Source of the DNA: Carcharhinus amblyrhynchos
Lineage: Eukaryota
Direction: 5' to 3'
DNA: 64,000 nt
Assembly: GCA_965287045.1 (NCBI GenBank)
Contig: OZ336884.1
Span: 45,198,001 to 45,262,000 of the forward strand
Shown piece after piece: positions 12,140 to 25,900 of this stretch (position 1 is the stretch's first letter; the number at the start of each line of letters is the position of its first letter). The position numbers and the translations under genes are program-made. The notes under the pieces were generated by a model. That model made no database searches, had not been told where the DNA came from, and saw only the letters and a list, made by a program, of their open reading frames with translations.

Positions 12140-13790
12140 CCACCAGGTTGTAACATTGATGGGTTGAATGCCAATATTTTAAAATACACAGATGACATTG
12201 CACTATGCAGATTGCAAAATCAGAAGAAGCGCTGCAGGGAATTGTGAATAGAGTGTAAGGCAAGGAATGTGGAACATGGGTTAAGAGTGAGTATAACAAT
12301 GAGTTAGACAATAGTAAGAAGCAAAAACTAACCTCAGAAGTGAAAATTGGCATGATTGTGCGATCTGAAGGAGGACTGAGATGGCCAAGGGCAGCTCTGT
12401 CAGAATGAGGGACTTGTTAACATCAAAGAAACTGAGCCAAAAGAATGTTGAGGTATATATTTTGTCATCCATGTTATATGCCTCGGAGATATGGACAACA
12501 GAGTCACCTGATCAGCTGAATACATTCTGATTCAGACATATTGGAGGACATTCCACATATCCTACACAGACATAGAGACTAAATGCTGGAGAAAAGAAGA
12601 ATATAATGTATAACATTAAAGAGAGAAAGATACAATATTTTGGTCATACCATTAGAGCAGCTAGTAGATGAAGATAATTTTTGGAAATGAAGATCAATGA
12701 AAAACCTGGGAGAGGGAAGCAGAGGAGTCAGTGGGTGACAGATATAATAGCCAGGATTCTCCCTAAAAAATTCTAAGTCCTCAATTCATGTGAAAATGAA
12801 ACGTTGGTTTCTTTAGCATGATTTTCAGATTGAATCTCCAACACTCTTCAGCACTGCAGACTGCCCTATCAGGATTGCCTCTGAAAATCAGACGGCGGAG
12901 CCTTTTCCCGTTGGTGAGGCCGACAGCATGCTGCTAAGCGGGCCACAGCGCACGTGCCGAGCCGTCAGAGCAGATATCGGCGCACATACAGTAGCCCACA
13001 TTGCTGGCCTCCTGGTCTCTAGCCAGCCAAAATCACTGACCAGCCCCTCAGCCCCCATCGTTGCCCCTCCAACCCTCCACTCCTCCCGAATCACTGGCCT
13101 CCTGGATTTCTCCGGGCCAGCCTCGATTTCCTCCCATCCCCTGGCCAGCTCCAATCTCCCCGATCCCTGAGCAGAAATGATCTTCCCCGGCACCTCCCTC
13201 ACCCTACCCTCATCCCCACCCAGCAGCCCCAGCACCCAGCTTCTCCCCCAACCCCCAGCAGCCCCAACACTACCCTCCCCAACCTGGATGATCAGCCCTG
13301 ATCACCTCTTCTCTTCCTCTGCCTGTGATATTCTGGCAGAGAGGCAGCAGGACCCCTTGCCCCTGCTGATAAACCCCCAGTAAGCCCCCCCCCAATGCCT
13401 GATGGGCAGTGCCAAGGTGCCCCTTGGGCATTTCCAGTTTGCCCTTTGGGCAGTGACAGGGAGGCAGATGCTGGCAGGCCTAGAGACCTCAGTCCCATAT
13501 CTATTAATTCAATGTAAATGGGAAATTAAATATTGGAATCAGCTCCACACCAATTTCTGCCATGGAGCTAATTATTCTGAAAAGTTTTGCCGCAGAGATG
13601 TGCTGAGGCCCAGGCGACCAGCAGGAAGCCTGCAAAATGATCTCCACTGATATCTCCCATGCCATTGCACTGCTAGAGCAGCACAGCCGGCTGGGGGAAT
13701 CGCCCCCAACGAATTAGATGCAGCTGAGCTATGTGGGAAGTACAGACAGAGGTAGAGATCCATGCAAGTCAACCATCTGGAAATAAAATG
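12140..13790 (+). mobile_element. RTE-clade LINE 3' part, interrupted by a MITE at 12749-13707
   Basis: ILKYTDDIAL (YADD-like), LYASEIWT, QYFGHTIR and GRGKQR..WVTDI. The sequence continues after 13708. Confidence 0.7.
12749..13707. mobile_element. Non-autonomous Harbinger-type element (MITE)
   Basis: Imperfect 15-bp TIRs agccaggattctccc / gggggaatcgccccc with AAT/AAC flanks. The subterminal sequence is the reverse complement of the ends of the 14221 and 33735 copies. The core is C-rich. Confidence 0.7.
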
Positions 13791-14054
13791 ATAGCAAGGA
13801 ACAATGATGCAATTGTATACTGTTTAATTTGGGCCACTCTGAGTTCTAAATAGTGTTCAAATCCAATGATATTTTGTCCAGTTTATCAAAGACAACTTTT
13901 TTTTTTAATTGGAGACCATTGCAGGTTATTTTCCACTTGTGTTTAGAAATGGCTGAAATGTGTAGCGATACTAGCCATGTTTATTTGGCATGATAATAAC
14001 ACTCATGAGATTGCACAGAAGTTGGAAACTCGGGTTACAAGTGGGAATGAACCA

Positions 14055-14195
14055 GAGGTCAGTCAGCATCCGAAAGATAAAAATAATATTTTTGGCATAA
14101 TCTTTCATTAGAATGGAATATTCCTACCCAAAATATTAACATTTTTATTTTGCTGACATTGACCAATCTGCTGTGTGTTTCTGGTATTTTCTCTA
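14055..14195. mobile_element. Highly decayed PLE-type hairpin
   Basis: Residual inverted symmetry (gtcagtcagca..taatattttt / aaaatattaa..tgctgac..tgacc), similar to the 22753 family. Confidence 0.35.
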
Positions 14196-14220
14196 TACCA
14201 TGTAATCCTTTGAAGTCTGT

Positions 14221-15056
14221 GGGCTCAATTCTCTCATCCTGATGTGCATGTCTTTTGGTGCATCAGGTTGGGAGAGACACGTTGGTCAATTCACGGGATT
14301 CATGCATGCATTCCCGATGCATTTGCATCTCCCAAAGCCGGAGAGCAGGTGGAGTTAGAACCACGGGGCGAGGCCTAGGGGTGGGGCGTCCTGCTGCTAT
14401 TCTGTAGATAGGATCAGTCAGGGCTGGAGGGAGGCCAGTGATCAGGGTTAGTGGGGAATGGACTGCTGGGGGGGGGGGGTCTGCCTCCTGTGGGAGGTCT
14501 GCGACGGGTATCTGCTAGTGGCGGGGGTGTGGGATGGGGATCATCATTGCTGAATGGGGTGGGGGGCAGCTGGAGATTGTGAGGGGATGGGGGCAGAGGG
14601 GAGGGTCGGGGTTGGCCCAGGAATGCTTGTGCAGGCTGCAGTAGGGCCATGGGGGGCTTGCTGAAGGGGCAGCACTGCAGGGGTCCTGGGCTGGCCAGTG
14701 ATCAAGCTGGACAGCAAACTGCACTCTGACAGTTCGGGGCTACTGCACACGTGCATGCTTGGCGCATGCGCAGGGGCCCGGAACTACCTGACTGTAGCGT
14801 GAATAGGCCCTGCCCCCCGAGCTTTTAACGAGATTCACAATTGTGACATCTGCTGACCCCCACCCCTCCAGGAGGCAGACAACACCCCTCCAGCACACCT
14901 TGATCGCTGGCCTTTTTCCAGCCCTGACTAGTCCTATCTGCAGCATGGCAGAGTGTAGGAGATTCGAGTCTGAGCTCCCACTGAAAAAACAATTGTGAAT
15001 TACAACATTTTTCTCGCCAATTCTGCACTTAGAGTTTTTTTGGGAGAATCGGGCCC
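14221..15056. mobile_element. Non-autonomous Harbinger-type element (MITE)
   Basis: TIRs GGGCTCAATTCTCTC / GGGAGAATCGGGCCC, 3-bp TSD TGT (14218-14220, 15057-15059) and a G-rich core. Confidence 0.8.
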
Positions 15057-15502
15057 TGTATTTCTACAACTGAATAACATGGAGATACAAAGCCAAAGAG
15101 AGAGGAAAAAAACAGCATTTTGGTTGGAAACAATTTCATCCTTTTTGGCCTCTCACAGAAAAGGGAGGCTGAAGAACTGTTGAATGTTGCATGTTTTCTC
15201 AAATCTGTGTTTTGACATTCACCATTAGTAATCTATGAAAAACACATTTTGACAACTATAGGAGTTATCTGATTGTAAATTTCCAAAGGGTATTCAGTTT
15301 ATATCAGACCTAAGTCACTGGAGACTGAAAAGCTGCAAATAGAAAACTAAGTGAAATAGAGAGTCAGCAGCAGGGTAGATGCTTTATAGCAGCGAGATGC
15401 TTAGAAATGACAATCCTGGAAGTAAGTTTTTAAAAAGGTGTTATTTTGTATAGTTTTCTTTAGTGTATGTAATGAGCTTTGCTATCAAATTATCTTTCAC
15501 AT

Positions 15503-16047
15503 GGCCACCTGCGCAAGGATATTTTGGCCCTGGAGGGAGTGCAGAGGAGGTTTACTAGGCTGATACCGGAGTTGAGGGGATTGACCTATGAGGAGAGGCT
15601 GAATAAACTAGGCTTGTACTCGTTAGAGTTTAGAAGAATGAGGGGAGATCTCATTGAGACGTATAAGATGATGAATGGGATGGATAGGATAGAGGTGGAG
15701 AGACTCTTCCCGCTCAAAAAAGACAGTAGGACTAGGGGGCACAGCCTCAAGATAAAGGGGAGGTGGTTTAGAACGGAGTTGAGGAGGAACTTCTTCACTC
15801 AAAGGGTGGTGAATCTCTGGAATTCTCTGCCCGTTGAAGTGGTGGAGGCTGCCTCTCTAAATATTTTTAAGAAGCGGGTTGATGGGTTCTTGATAAGAGA
15901 GGGGATTAAGGGTTATGGGGAGAGGGCGGGAAAGTGGAACTGAGCCACAACAGATCAGCCATGATCTTATTGAATGGCGGGGCAGGCTCGAAGGGCTAGA
16001 TGGCCTACTCCTGCTCCTATTTCTTATGTTCTTATGTTCTTATGTTC
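15503..16047 (+). mobile_element. Young CR1 LINE 3' fragment
   Basis: Open ORF to the natural stop (KDILALEGVQRRFTRLIPELRGL...GKWN), (TTCTTATG)n tail, and TTCACAT repeated at 15496-15502 and 16045-16051. Confidence 0.95.
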
Positions 16048-16199
16048 ACATTATTTGAAGCAATTTCAATTTAAAGAAAATTCTTTGAAAGTGGCTTTGG
16101 AAAAGACTCCAACAAGTTAACGGGCAAGACAGCCAGATTTTTTAGTTAGTATCCCAGCAGTGGTGATGCCCAAATGTGGCATATAATAAAAATATCAAA

Positions 16200-16615
16200 G
16201 ACTTACACTTTAATTACATCTTTTGTGCTCTCAGGACATCCCAATAAAATATTTGGAAGTCAAGTCACTGTTGCTTGCAGGGAATGCAGCAGCCAATTTG
16301 CATACAGCGAGATCTTACAAACAATGTGATAATGATTAGAAAATATTTAGTAACGATGGTAGAATGAATGGCGGCTGGGACATCAGGGAAAACGCCCCTG
16401 CCTTCCTTAGAAATATGGGATTTCTTAAATCCACACAAAAAGGGTAGAAGAAGCTTCAGTTTAATTTCTCATCCAAGAGACAAAACCTTGAACAGGGCAG
16501 CACTCCCTCAGTGTTGTGCTGGACAGTCAGCTTAGATTTCTTTTAAAAACTTACCTCTTGATCCATAACCTTCTAACTCAAGAGGTGAGAGGGCTGTACT
16601 AAGCCAAAACTGACC
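16200..16615 (-). mobile_element. Old AmnSINE/Deu-like SINE with L2-type tail
   Basis: Core ggcagcactccctcagtg..ggacagtcagcttagatt and a tRNA-like head at about 16560-16615. Confidence 0.45.
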
Positions 16616-16699
16616 TAATAATGCTCCCAATAATTTGCACTTATGTAAAGAGATATATCTGTTCTGGTTTAGGATATGTGCAGCAATGAAGAAACAGTA

Positions 16700-17150
16700 T
16701 TAGAACAACAAGAGTGTATATTCATATAGCACCTTTAAAATAGTTATATATATGTAAAGGCATTTCACAGGAGTGTTATCAATCAAAAAGCAAGCCACCA
16801 AATGCAAGGTCAAAGAGGTAGATTTTAAGGACTGACTTGAAAGGAAGGGAGCAAGATGAAGAGGGAGAAAGATTTAGGGAGGGAATTTCAAAGGTTAGGG
16901 CCTAGGTGGCTGAGTGCATGGCCACTGATAGTGGCAATATTAATGCACAAGCTCAGAATTGGCGAAGGATAGTGTTTTCAGAGGTTGGAGTAACAAAGAG
17001 GGCTGAGGTAAAGCTGGGATTTTAATACAAGGAACAGAATTTTAAAATTGAGGTCACATTAGGAGTCGATCAGCAAGCACAGGCTGATGCAGAACATAAT
17101 TCAATTTAGGATATGGCAGCAGACTCTTAGATTAGTTCAAGTTTATAGAA
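16700..17150 (-). mobile_element. L2-like LINE 3' fragment
   Basis: Tail aacaacaa..tatagcacctttaa and ttagggagggaatttcaaaggttagggcctag. Confidence 0.55.
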
Positions 17151-19044
17151 ATTGTTGAAAAAGCCTTTTCAAACCTGCTGCTCTAGTTAAAGAGTACTCA
17201 GTGGACTACAGGCTGCTTATATCAGAATGTCATGGACTTGATCAATTACATATCCACTGGAAAATGCATAGATCTATTCCTCGTTAATTCTTTCATGGGA
17301 TGTAGGCATCACAGGCAAGGCCAGAATTTGTTACTGATCCCCAATTGTCCTTGACAACCTAGTGACTTGATTAGCTATTATATGTGGCAAATAATAGTCT
17401 TGCTTTGGGTCTGAAGCTCAAACTGCAGACATTTACTGCAGACTTGTTTTCCCTGGTTGATCCTGGTGTCCAGGAACCCCCACATTCTGCAGTCACAACA
17501 ATTTACTTGCCTAACCATCTTTGTGTGTTAATTCGTTTTTTTCTTAATTAATTGATTATGAATAAACACTGTTCAGCACAATAATATTCAGTACTGCTAG
17601 TAAACCTCAGCACAACTAATAAAAATGTACAACTTATTGTACATTACACAAGTTTTGAAGACAAATCAGCAAAATGTTCACCCATCAACCTGCATTCCTG
17701 TGATATTGCAGTTTGATTTCTCTCAGAATGCAATTTCTTTGTTCTGGAGCCACAGACTGGACTAGTTTGGATAGCTCTTCTAGGTGATATTACTACCTCC
17801 AGGTCCTCTTTTCGCCACCTGCTTTCTCTGCAGATTACTTTCATTTTATGAACGCAACCAAATTCTAACATGCAGTCAGGACCCTTTCTCACCCATGATT
17901 AGAACTCTATTAAAAAATAAATATCTTCTCTGATACAGCTAAAACCTTCATCATGATGAATATATTATAAGTGGCACCTTCGTAAATGACTCTTCTGAAA
18001 ATGGAAATGTCTCTCTTTCTTTATTTCTTTCCTTTACTTCACAATTTTCATCAGAGGAGCATTTGTCTCACAAATATTTATTGGTTCAGCAAACTAAGAA
18101 TGGTGTAATTTACACAATAGAGTGGCTTTCTATCATCACTTCTAGGATGGTAATCTGGTAAGATGGATCACACATTCCTTGGAACCCATTTGATTTTTGT
18201 TCTGTAATGGAGTGAAAATCAGATGGGTTCTTATAAGGGTCATGACTATCTCAGCAGTGAGGATGGAAATTTATCCTTATAACTCACTTATTCAGTAGAG
18301 GCAACATAAAATCAACTTTTTATTTCAGATTTTTAGCCATGGTTTATTTTTAAATGATATATGATCAACTTCATTAGGTGGTGGAGAAGACTCTTGGATT
18401 TTTAATCACACCGCCACACTCCTCCCACAGTCAAATATCCTGCTAGCATTCAATTTTCAAGTACATGGATAAAGATTAGTCACTTAAGAAAGCCACATCT
18501 TCAATACGGGGATAGAAAGAAATTAGACAGCAGCGACACAGTGACGCAACTTCATCACCAGTCACTTTAGCTTTCTTGGATTTATTTCTGAAACCTGATA
18601 AGGGTTTCTAAGCCAATAATGCAAAATCCCCCCTATGATAAAGGAGCAAGCTGCAGTATTTACATCACCTGCTTCAGTCATCTACCCCATTCAACATGGA
18701 AGCACTCGAGTTACTGAACCAGGTTATTTTTGATGCTGGCTGGAATTGAATAGAATCAACAATTCCCTGCTCCATTAGTCAGTAATCATAAATAAGTTGC
18801 CATCAACATTACAACACCTCAACATTGGACTTCATTCCCATCCCCACTCCCATGTCTGCAGTTGGCAATCACTTTTCCACTTAAATAACACCTTGGACTT
18901 CAACATTCCCTCCTGAGGCCAAGACTATTTGCAGGTGTTAAATCTACTGCCACCCAGGGAAACAGTCACTCACCTGTCTCCCCACCCATCCCCCCACCCC
19001 ATATTGCCAGGATGCACCTAAACAGTCACTGGTTGAGCATGTGA

Positions 19045-19540
19045 ACATACATACAAATATATTAATTAGGAGTAGGTCATTCAGCTCCTAAGCCTGCTCT
19101 GTGATTTGAGAAGATCATGGTAAAATCTGAATGTAGCCTCAACTTCATTTTCCTGCCTGCCTGCCCCCATAACACTTGACTCCCTTGTCGATCAGGAATC
19201 CAACGCAGCCTTGAATACATTTGATCATCCAGCTTCTGCTGCTTTGAGAAGGCACATTCCACAGGCTAATGACCCTCTTGTGTGAAAATATCTCAGATAT
19301 CTTAAATTGGTGACTTTTTAATGTTAAACTATTGACTGATCCTCATCTCATCCATAAATGAAAACATTCTTCCAGTATCCACCGTGTCAAGCCCCCTCAG
19401 AATTGTATACGCTTGGTATGTTCACCTGTCATTCTTCTAAACTCTAATGGGTATAAGCCCAAGCTGTCTAACCTTTCCTTGTATGACAGCCACTTCATCC
19501 CAGGGATTGTCTGAATGGACCTTCTCTGAACGGTTTCTTA
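19045..19540 (-). mobile_element. Degenerate CR1 3' fragment
   Basis: 3' UTR taggagtaggtcattcagc, plus cattcttctaaactc (reverse complement of the EFRRM codons). Confidence 0.75.
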
Positions 19541-22500
19541 TACACTGCTGGCTCTTGAACCTACCTCTGCAAAAATGGCCTGGTGAGCACGAAGTGAGAG
19601 GGAGCCTGAAAATATCACACTGGCTAGCATGCCAGTTTCACAATCCCATTCCCAGTATCAGCAATTTGTGCCAAAGAGGGTCCGACAGGGCTACCTGGCC
19701 TCGCCAGTTAGGCTCATTAACTACCTTAAGGGCACTCAAAGGAAGCTGACAATGATGCTTCAGTTATCCTCCAGTTTCCCAATGCAAAAGGGGGAAGTTT
19801 GAAGATCTGGAGTCAGGCACCTAAGCCATAGTTTGGAGCATTAGAGTTCTAGGCATGCCTGCCTGGGTGCAAGTGAAGCTAAACAGTGCCCTGTCAAGGT
19901 ATTCCACACCCAGCTCCTTACAGTCATGATCTGGTTGCATTTTCTGCATTTTGTTTAAATTTGTAATAAAGTTGGCAAGGGGCTCCTCCAAATTGAAGTG
20001 TCTTGTCAGTATGTTACCGATTGCTACCTCTTGCAGTCCTGCTGAGGGTGGAAGGCCTCTGATTAGCTGCCACCTTAACTTATATAAGGAACATTTCTCC
20101 ATGCCAATTAAGGACATGCCTCCATAAAAATGCCAGATCAGTGACCACTTCCTTCTGAGAGCAGGCTCAGGACATTAAAAACCACCCCAATTCTTGTTCT
20201 GGTGCCCAAAGAAAATTTGTCATTGTCTGAAAACTTTGCATTGATTTTGATTCATGAAACTGCATTCTTACCATGGTACAATAAAATTAAAAGTCTGTCA
20301 AATAAACATGTAAATTGTTAGTTAAAAAGAGGGTTTAAAGCTGTTTTAATCCAATAGGTGTTCAATCACAAGTCAAAATTTAACAAGTAACTTGCAATGC
20401 ACGAAGGCAGTTTAAAGAGTCAGCATAAGTAACGAGTTTAATGTTGAAGCAGTTGTCTGAAGTGATGCAGCAGGTTTCACATTCTTTATCAAATTTAAAG
20501 AGGGCTTGTAAAATTAATTGACTAACAATACTTTCAAATTGTTAAATTTAATAGGAACTTTAGGTTCAATGTCGCTTAACATTTCACGTAAAATGAAAAA
20601 CAAGTCATAGAATTAAAACTGAATTACCTGGATTCCTGCACAACACAACTATCAGAACACTGAAATGTAGCAAACTGGTATGAATTTGTTAATATGCTGG
20701 CAGATTTTCAAAAGGTTTTCTTTAATGCAATGAGCAGAATGATTTCTTTCTGTGGTAATGATGATTCTACATTCTTCAGGAAGAGTGTTAGAGGTTAATA
20801 CAGATGGAAGGTCTCATTTGAGTAAAAAAATTGATGCCATGTTACCACAGTTGAAGCATGGTGTTGCCTCAATAGTTCTCAAACAGATTCTGTTCTTGTC
20901 AAATGCAGGGACATCATTTTTCAGGAACAGTCAGTGCCAGCATTTCAGCTCCTGGGGAAATATTTTGCAGCAACAATTGTAAATGCTACATCCTGAGCTT
21001 TAGTGAGAGTTTGATGTTTTTTCCTTCTGCATTTTTCATGGAACCTAAAGGTTTTGTGATTCATATGGTTATTATATATCACCAATCCTGCTAATAGAGT
21101 TTTCTCCATTTAGAAGGCACTTCATCAAGCAGCGGCATTCCTTTAAATCATTTGTAATACCTGTAACCATCTGTAAACTAATACTGTAATCAGTATTAAC
21201 ACAAGCACATTTCATTCAGACTGCACTTGTGCTTTGTGGTGTGTGGTGAAAGATTGAGTGGGGTTTTGTTGGTTCTTTCGCAGCTCATGAACTTCACAGA
21301 TCTTGGTAAATCACACCAATTAATGTTATGGAAAATTTGAGCTTAGAAAGGTTAACCGACTTGAGTTGTGCCAGTGGGATGTAAACTACTTTTAACAGAA
21401 GCATTTATTTTTCCCTTTTTGAAATGATTTGTGTCACCACCACTGTAATTAGTTTCTCCAAACCCACTCTCCACATCCATGCACCAACAGTTTGAACAGG
21501 ATGTTAATCAGGAGTAAATTTAATCAGTGAAACAATAGGTCTTGCTGAATTTGACATGAGCGAAATGAAACACCTGCTTGGGAGTACTTCTCAGGGCTAT
21601 CCTTATCACAGTGAGGCCAGCAATATTTTTATATTGAATCAGGGGAATGCAGTAGGTTGTGTTTAAGTACTCAGTGCACAGATCAAAGTCAAAACAATTT
21701 GCTGTGCTTCCATTTCACATTAATGCCTCTGTCATCTTGCAACTGTTCACTCACTCACATGAGAGATATGACTAACACAACACACAGGGTATCGTCTGTT
21801 ATAAATGTCTTTACTAATATCTGAAGGTGCCCTATGCTATCATAATGTGCACTGCATCATAAATATAGCAGAGTTTTTTTAATTTAAATTTAGTTTAAGA
21901 TTTCTACTCTTATTGGATTGGTCTGTAAACCTCTGCTTTTGTGACATATTCAGGATTGTCATTTTACAATGTAAAACAGTGTGTTCCAGGCGATAATTTA
22001 ATAACACCCTTTTGATAAATTGACATTCTTTAGAAAATTAAAGCAAGAGAGAAACTTTTTCACATTTGAGAATATGAAGTCTAGTACAAAGAGTATTAAA
22101 TGTAATAACTGCAGTGCTGAAACTTGATGGAGAGACCATTGAATTGGCAGCATAGAATTGGCACATTAGCCATCACCATGACCATTCTTCAGGGAGGGCA
22201 GACATTTGGAGTTGCAAGTTGTCCACCAGCCATGCCCTTTGGAGACATTCACCTCCCTCCTTCCCTTCGCCCCTGAAACTGACAGCAGCCAATGGTAATC
22301 AACACATTTGGGCTGTGCTTCCATAGTTTCCATTCATGCATTCAGCATTCCCAACCCATGGTCTTCATTACTTACCCATTATCCTGGTCATTCAACCAAT
22401 TCTTATATTTTCCCACTATTGCTGTATCTCTCCAATAATCTGATCCTTGCTGGTATCTCAATATTATGAGACCCACGAGTCGAGAAGAATCTTGCCGCAG

Positions 22501-22752
22501 TGCAGATTTTACCCACAGAGAGGAGAACACAACTGTGCATCCAGTTGCTTCAAATATCAATCCCTGTAATTGACCAGAGGCACTGACCTTAATGTCCACC
22601 TGCCTGAAAAGGCAGTCCTCCCATATTGAGAGATCACACTGACTAACTGTCTGGTCAAGGTCAAATTGGAAAAATAGTGAGTCAATTTTCAAACATGCTC
22701 ACCACCTCCAACTTCCCTTATTACCATAGGCAACCCAATATCACCATTCCTC

Positions 22753-22939
22753 AAAGATAAAAGCAAAATACTGCGGATGCTGGAATCGGAATCAGAAACA
22801 AAAACAGAAAACGTTGCAAAATCTCAGCAAGTCTGAGAGTATTTGTGAAGAGAGAATGAAGCTAATGATCTGAGTCTGGATGACCCTTCATCAGAGCTCA
22901 GATGAAGGGGTGTCCAGACTTGAAAGGTTGGCACTATTC
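22753..22939. mobile_element. PLE-derived hairpin insertion of a second family, with decayed hammerheads and 14-bp TSD
   Basis: Palindrome centred on cttcatcAGAGCTCAgatgaag. The minus arm reads CTGATGAAGGGTCATCCAGACTC. TATCACCATTCCTC is repeated at 22739-22752 and 22940-22953. Confidence 0.7.
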
Positions 22940-25900
22940 TATCACCATTCCTCTCCCCTCAGTCACTCTTAAACCCCCTCCCATTATGCTGGACCTTCTA
23001 ACGATCCACCTCCAGATGCCTTCCCTCTCCTCAGAGCTGACACCCATTAACCATTGCCATAGCCAGCCTCACCCTATCTTCTCTGGTTATCCACTGTCTA
23101 CTTCCCCCTCCCTGAAACAACCCCGCTTGCTTCTCTTGTTCAATCTTGTTGCAGAGTTTGTATAACTTCACTTGAATGCCGGTCACAAAGGCAAAAGCAC
23201 CTCAATGTCACGGAAGAGGTGAAGCTTTTGTACCATTTATATACATGTGTAAAACTAGACATTCTAAATTTTTGCAGGCGGAGAACTTAATTGGGAGAAC
23301 AAACCTACTTTGGGTGTGGCTGTCTTTTAATTAGCAAGCACAGCATGCTGATGAATGCAAATTGGGTTCTCAACCTTCCTTTAAATTGCATTTATCAAAG
23401 TTGGGAGAACAAAACTCCAAAATAATCTCTTGCCAGCCAGGAACTGACTTTTTCTAATCATGGCGGTTTAAGTGCCCCACCCACTACAATCTCTGCAGCT
23501 GGTAGGAGTAGGAAATCCAGCCCAATGTCTTTACGTTTTTTTGCCATTTTTAAGATGATTTCAGCTAATATTCAGATTCGCAAATAAACCAGTGGTGAGC
23601 ATTTCATTTTAAAAAAACTGCATTTTGTTATATGTTTTTGTTTTTCTGCTCAACTTTTCTGTTTTCTCTTCTGAAGGGCAATAAGCTATTGTTGGGGCTA
23701 TACCTTCTCATGTGACAACAAGAATCAAACAGCTCACCTACATGTCATTTCTTTGTACTTGAGAGTAGAAACTGAGAAGGCTACTTAAATCTCAGAACAT
23801 CACAGCTGATGCATATTCTGCCCACAAGCCACATCCAAGAATGAAAAACCCTGCTATCTTTCTCTTCTACTGAGCTCAAAAATAAAGCAGCTATTTATAG
23901 CAGATCTACTAACAAAGAACATGACCAATTTGGGATCTGAAATCACCACGTGGTATATTCACTCAAGTTACCAGTGACTCTTTTGAAGCTTGCATATCTT
24001 CATGTGTTTCATGTTTTGATTCTCAGTTTAGAACAAGCTTTACAATATCTTTATAATAATCAGCTATTTGATGGTAGTAGTACCCTCACTAAAGTATTTT
24101 TGACAGGTGTGATTAAATGATTTAGCCTGAGGCACAACATGAAATTGAGGTCTGCTCTCCTCTGCTGACTACATTCCAGCACACCTGACCACAAGTTAGC
24201 TTTCTCGTAAGATTGAATTGTGGCAACCAGCAGAATAGTGAAAAAGGAAGATGAAAGGATGAATAGAGGAAAATGGCCAAACTTGGTGTAAAGTATACAT
24301 GTCATCTCTCCAAGATAGTTCCATTTGTAACCACTCAAGATGTTCAATGCACATTTCTGGGTATTGAAAATCTGAGGTGATAATCAATATACTTTGAACC
24401 TTTCCTTTCCTCATTGTTTTTCTCTGCAAATATAGGCACTCTTTAGCTATCACGTGTAGCGCGGTTTTGTGGGCACACAAATGGAAGATATTTAATTCTC
24501 TTAATGGACCTCTTTCATTACTGCCGCTTTCCATCACACTGTTCTCTTGTTCTTTCTATTCCTCTGTGCAATATATCATTTCTTCTCTTTTATCACTTGC
24601 ACTCACAATGAGTTAATGGCAGTGAAAATTCACGAAGATGATAGCAGAAATTATAGTATTGCAGTGGCTCAAGAAGGCAGTTCACCGCCACATTCACAAG
24701 GGCAATTAGAGTTGGACAACAAATGCTGGCCTAGCCAGTGATGCCAACATCATGCAAATTATTTTTTAAAAAAGAATGCTACTTGCTTCTTAAAAGGTCC
24801 TGAATTTTATGTATTTTTTTTCTTTTAGCACTTAAAGCCTTTTGTCAAATGATTTGTCAACAAAATGCAGTTTTGTTCCGAACACCCTGATGAGGCTGTT
24901 TGATTTCCATAATTTGTAGTCTTCCTTTTGTATGGATAACATCCTGAAGCATTTGCCTGCTTTGAGAGTTGTACCCACGATAATTGTTATAATCAGCAGA
25001 TGCTTCCTTGATTTAATTTGGCCCTGGTTAAGTTATTGGTTTCTGAGCAAGCTGAGGGTTCTCTACGGACATCTTGTTGTAATGCATGAATTACCGTTAT
25101 GGGAATATTTTGGGTGAATTTATAATTCCAGCTCAGCTTCAGAATGGGTCAAGTCACATGGGAAACCCTGTTGTCCAAACAATCATCTGGGACACTGATA
25201 GCAAGGGACCACTGTAAAACATGGGAGTATTCAGCAGTTGAGCAACAGGATATGTGAAGCATGAATGACAGGATGGTGACTGCACAGACATCAGCAGAGG
25301 GAGACTGACCCTGGCAGTAACTCAAGAATGTAACAACATGTCTGCAAGCACCACTGAGCAATGAAAGAAAGAGGATCAAACCCACTGAAAATTGCTTATG
25401 AAATTCCATCCTGGCAGTATCTAAGCTTTGTAAAGACAATTTCTTGATAACATACTTGCAGTTAACTCCAGTCAAAAGAAGGATGGAACTACAGCTAGAA
25501 AAAATGATGGCAAAGGCGCTGATTTATTAATACCATCAACAAGATGTTAAGTCCATTCTAAGCTACATAAACCTAAGAATACTTCTGCGATCGGAGTCTA
25601 GCATCACAAATTGCAACTTTTGTTAGATGGTGCCCTTCATGTGGTATCCCCAGTTTACATTCAGCCTTAATTTTCACAACCAGTATTTTAAATGGAAATC
25701 AGCGATTTAGTTCCCTCTCATCCTTCCAATTGAATTGAAATTCATTCCAGTGATTAGCATCTCAAGATTAATTAGTAAAAAAATCGTGGCTGTTGAATTG
25801 TGTCTGCAATCAGGAATCAGGTAAGTGAGGGCACTATTTTGAAGTGGAAGCAATGCTTCATTTTCTCAACTGGCATACAAACATCCTATGTGGCTGACCC

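Noticed and set aside
22372-22692. 106-aa ORF ending at a GTAAGT donor-like site
   Set aside because: No recognisable homology or partner exon, and the region looks like a decayed repeat.
24060-24537. Overlapping minus-strand ORFs with a HECT-like GPLRE word
   Set aside because: The match is only a few residues and no further domain similarity is visible.
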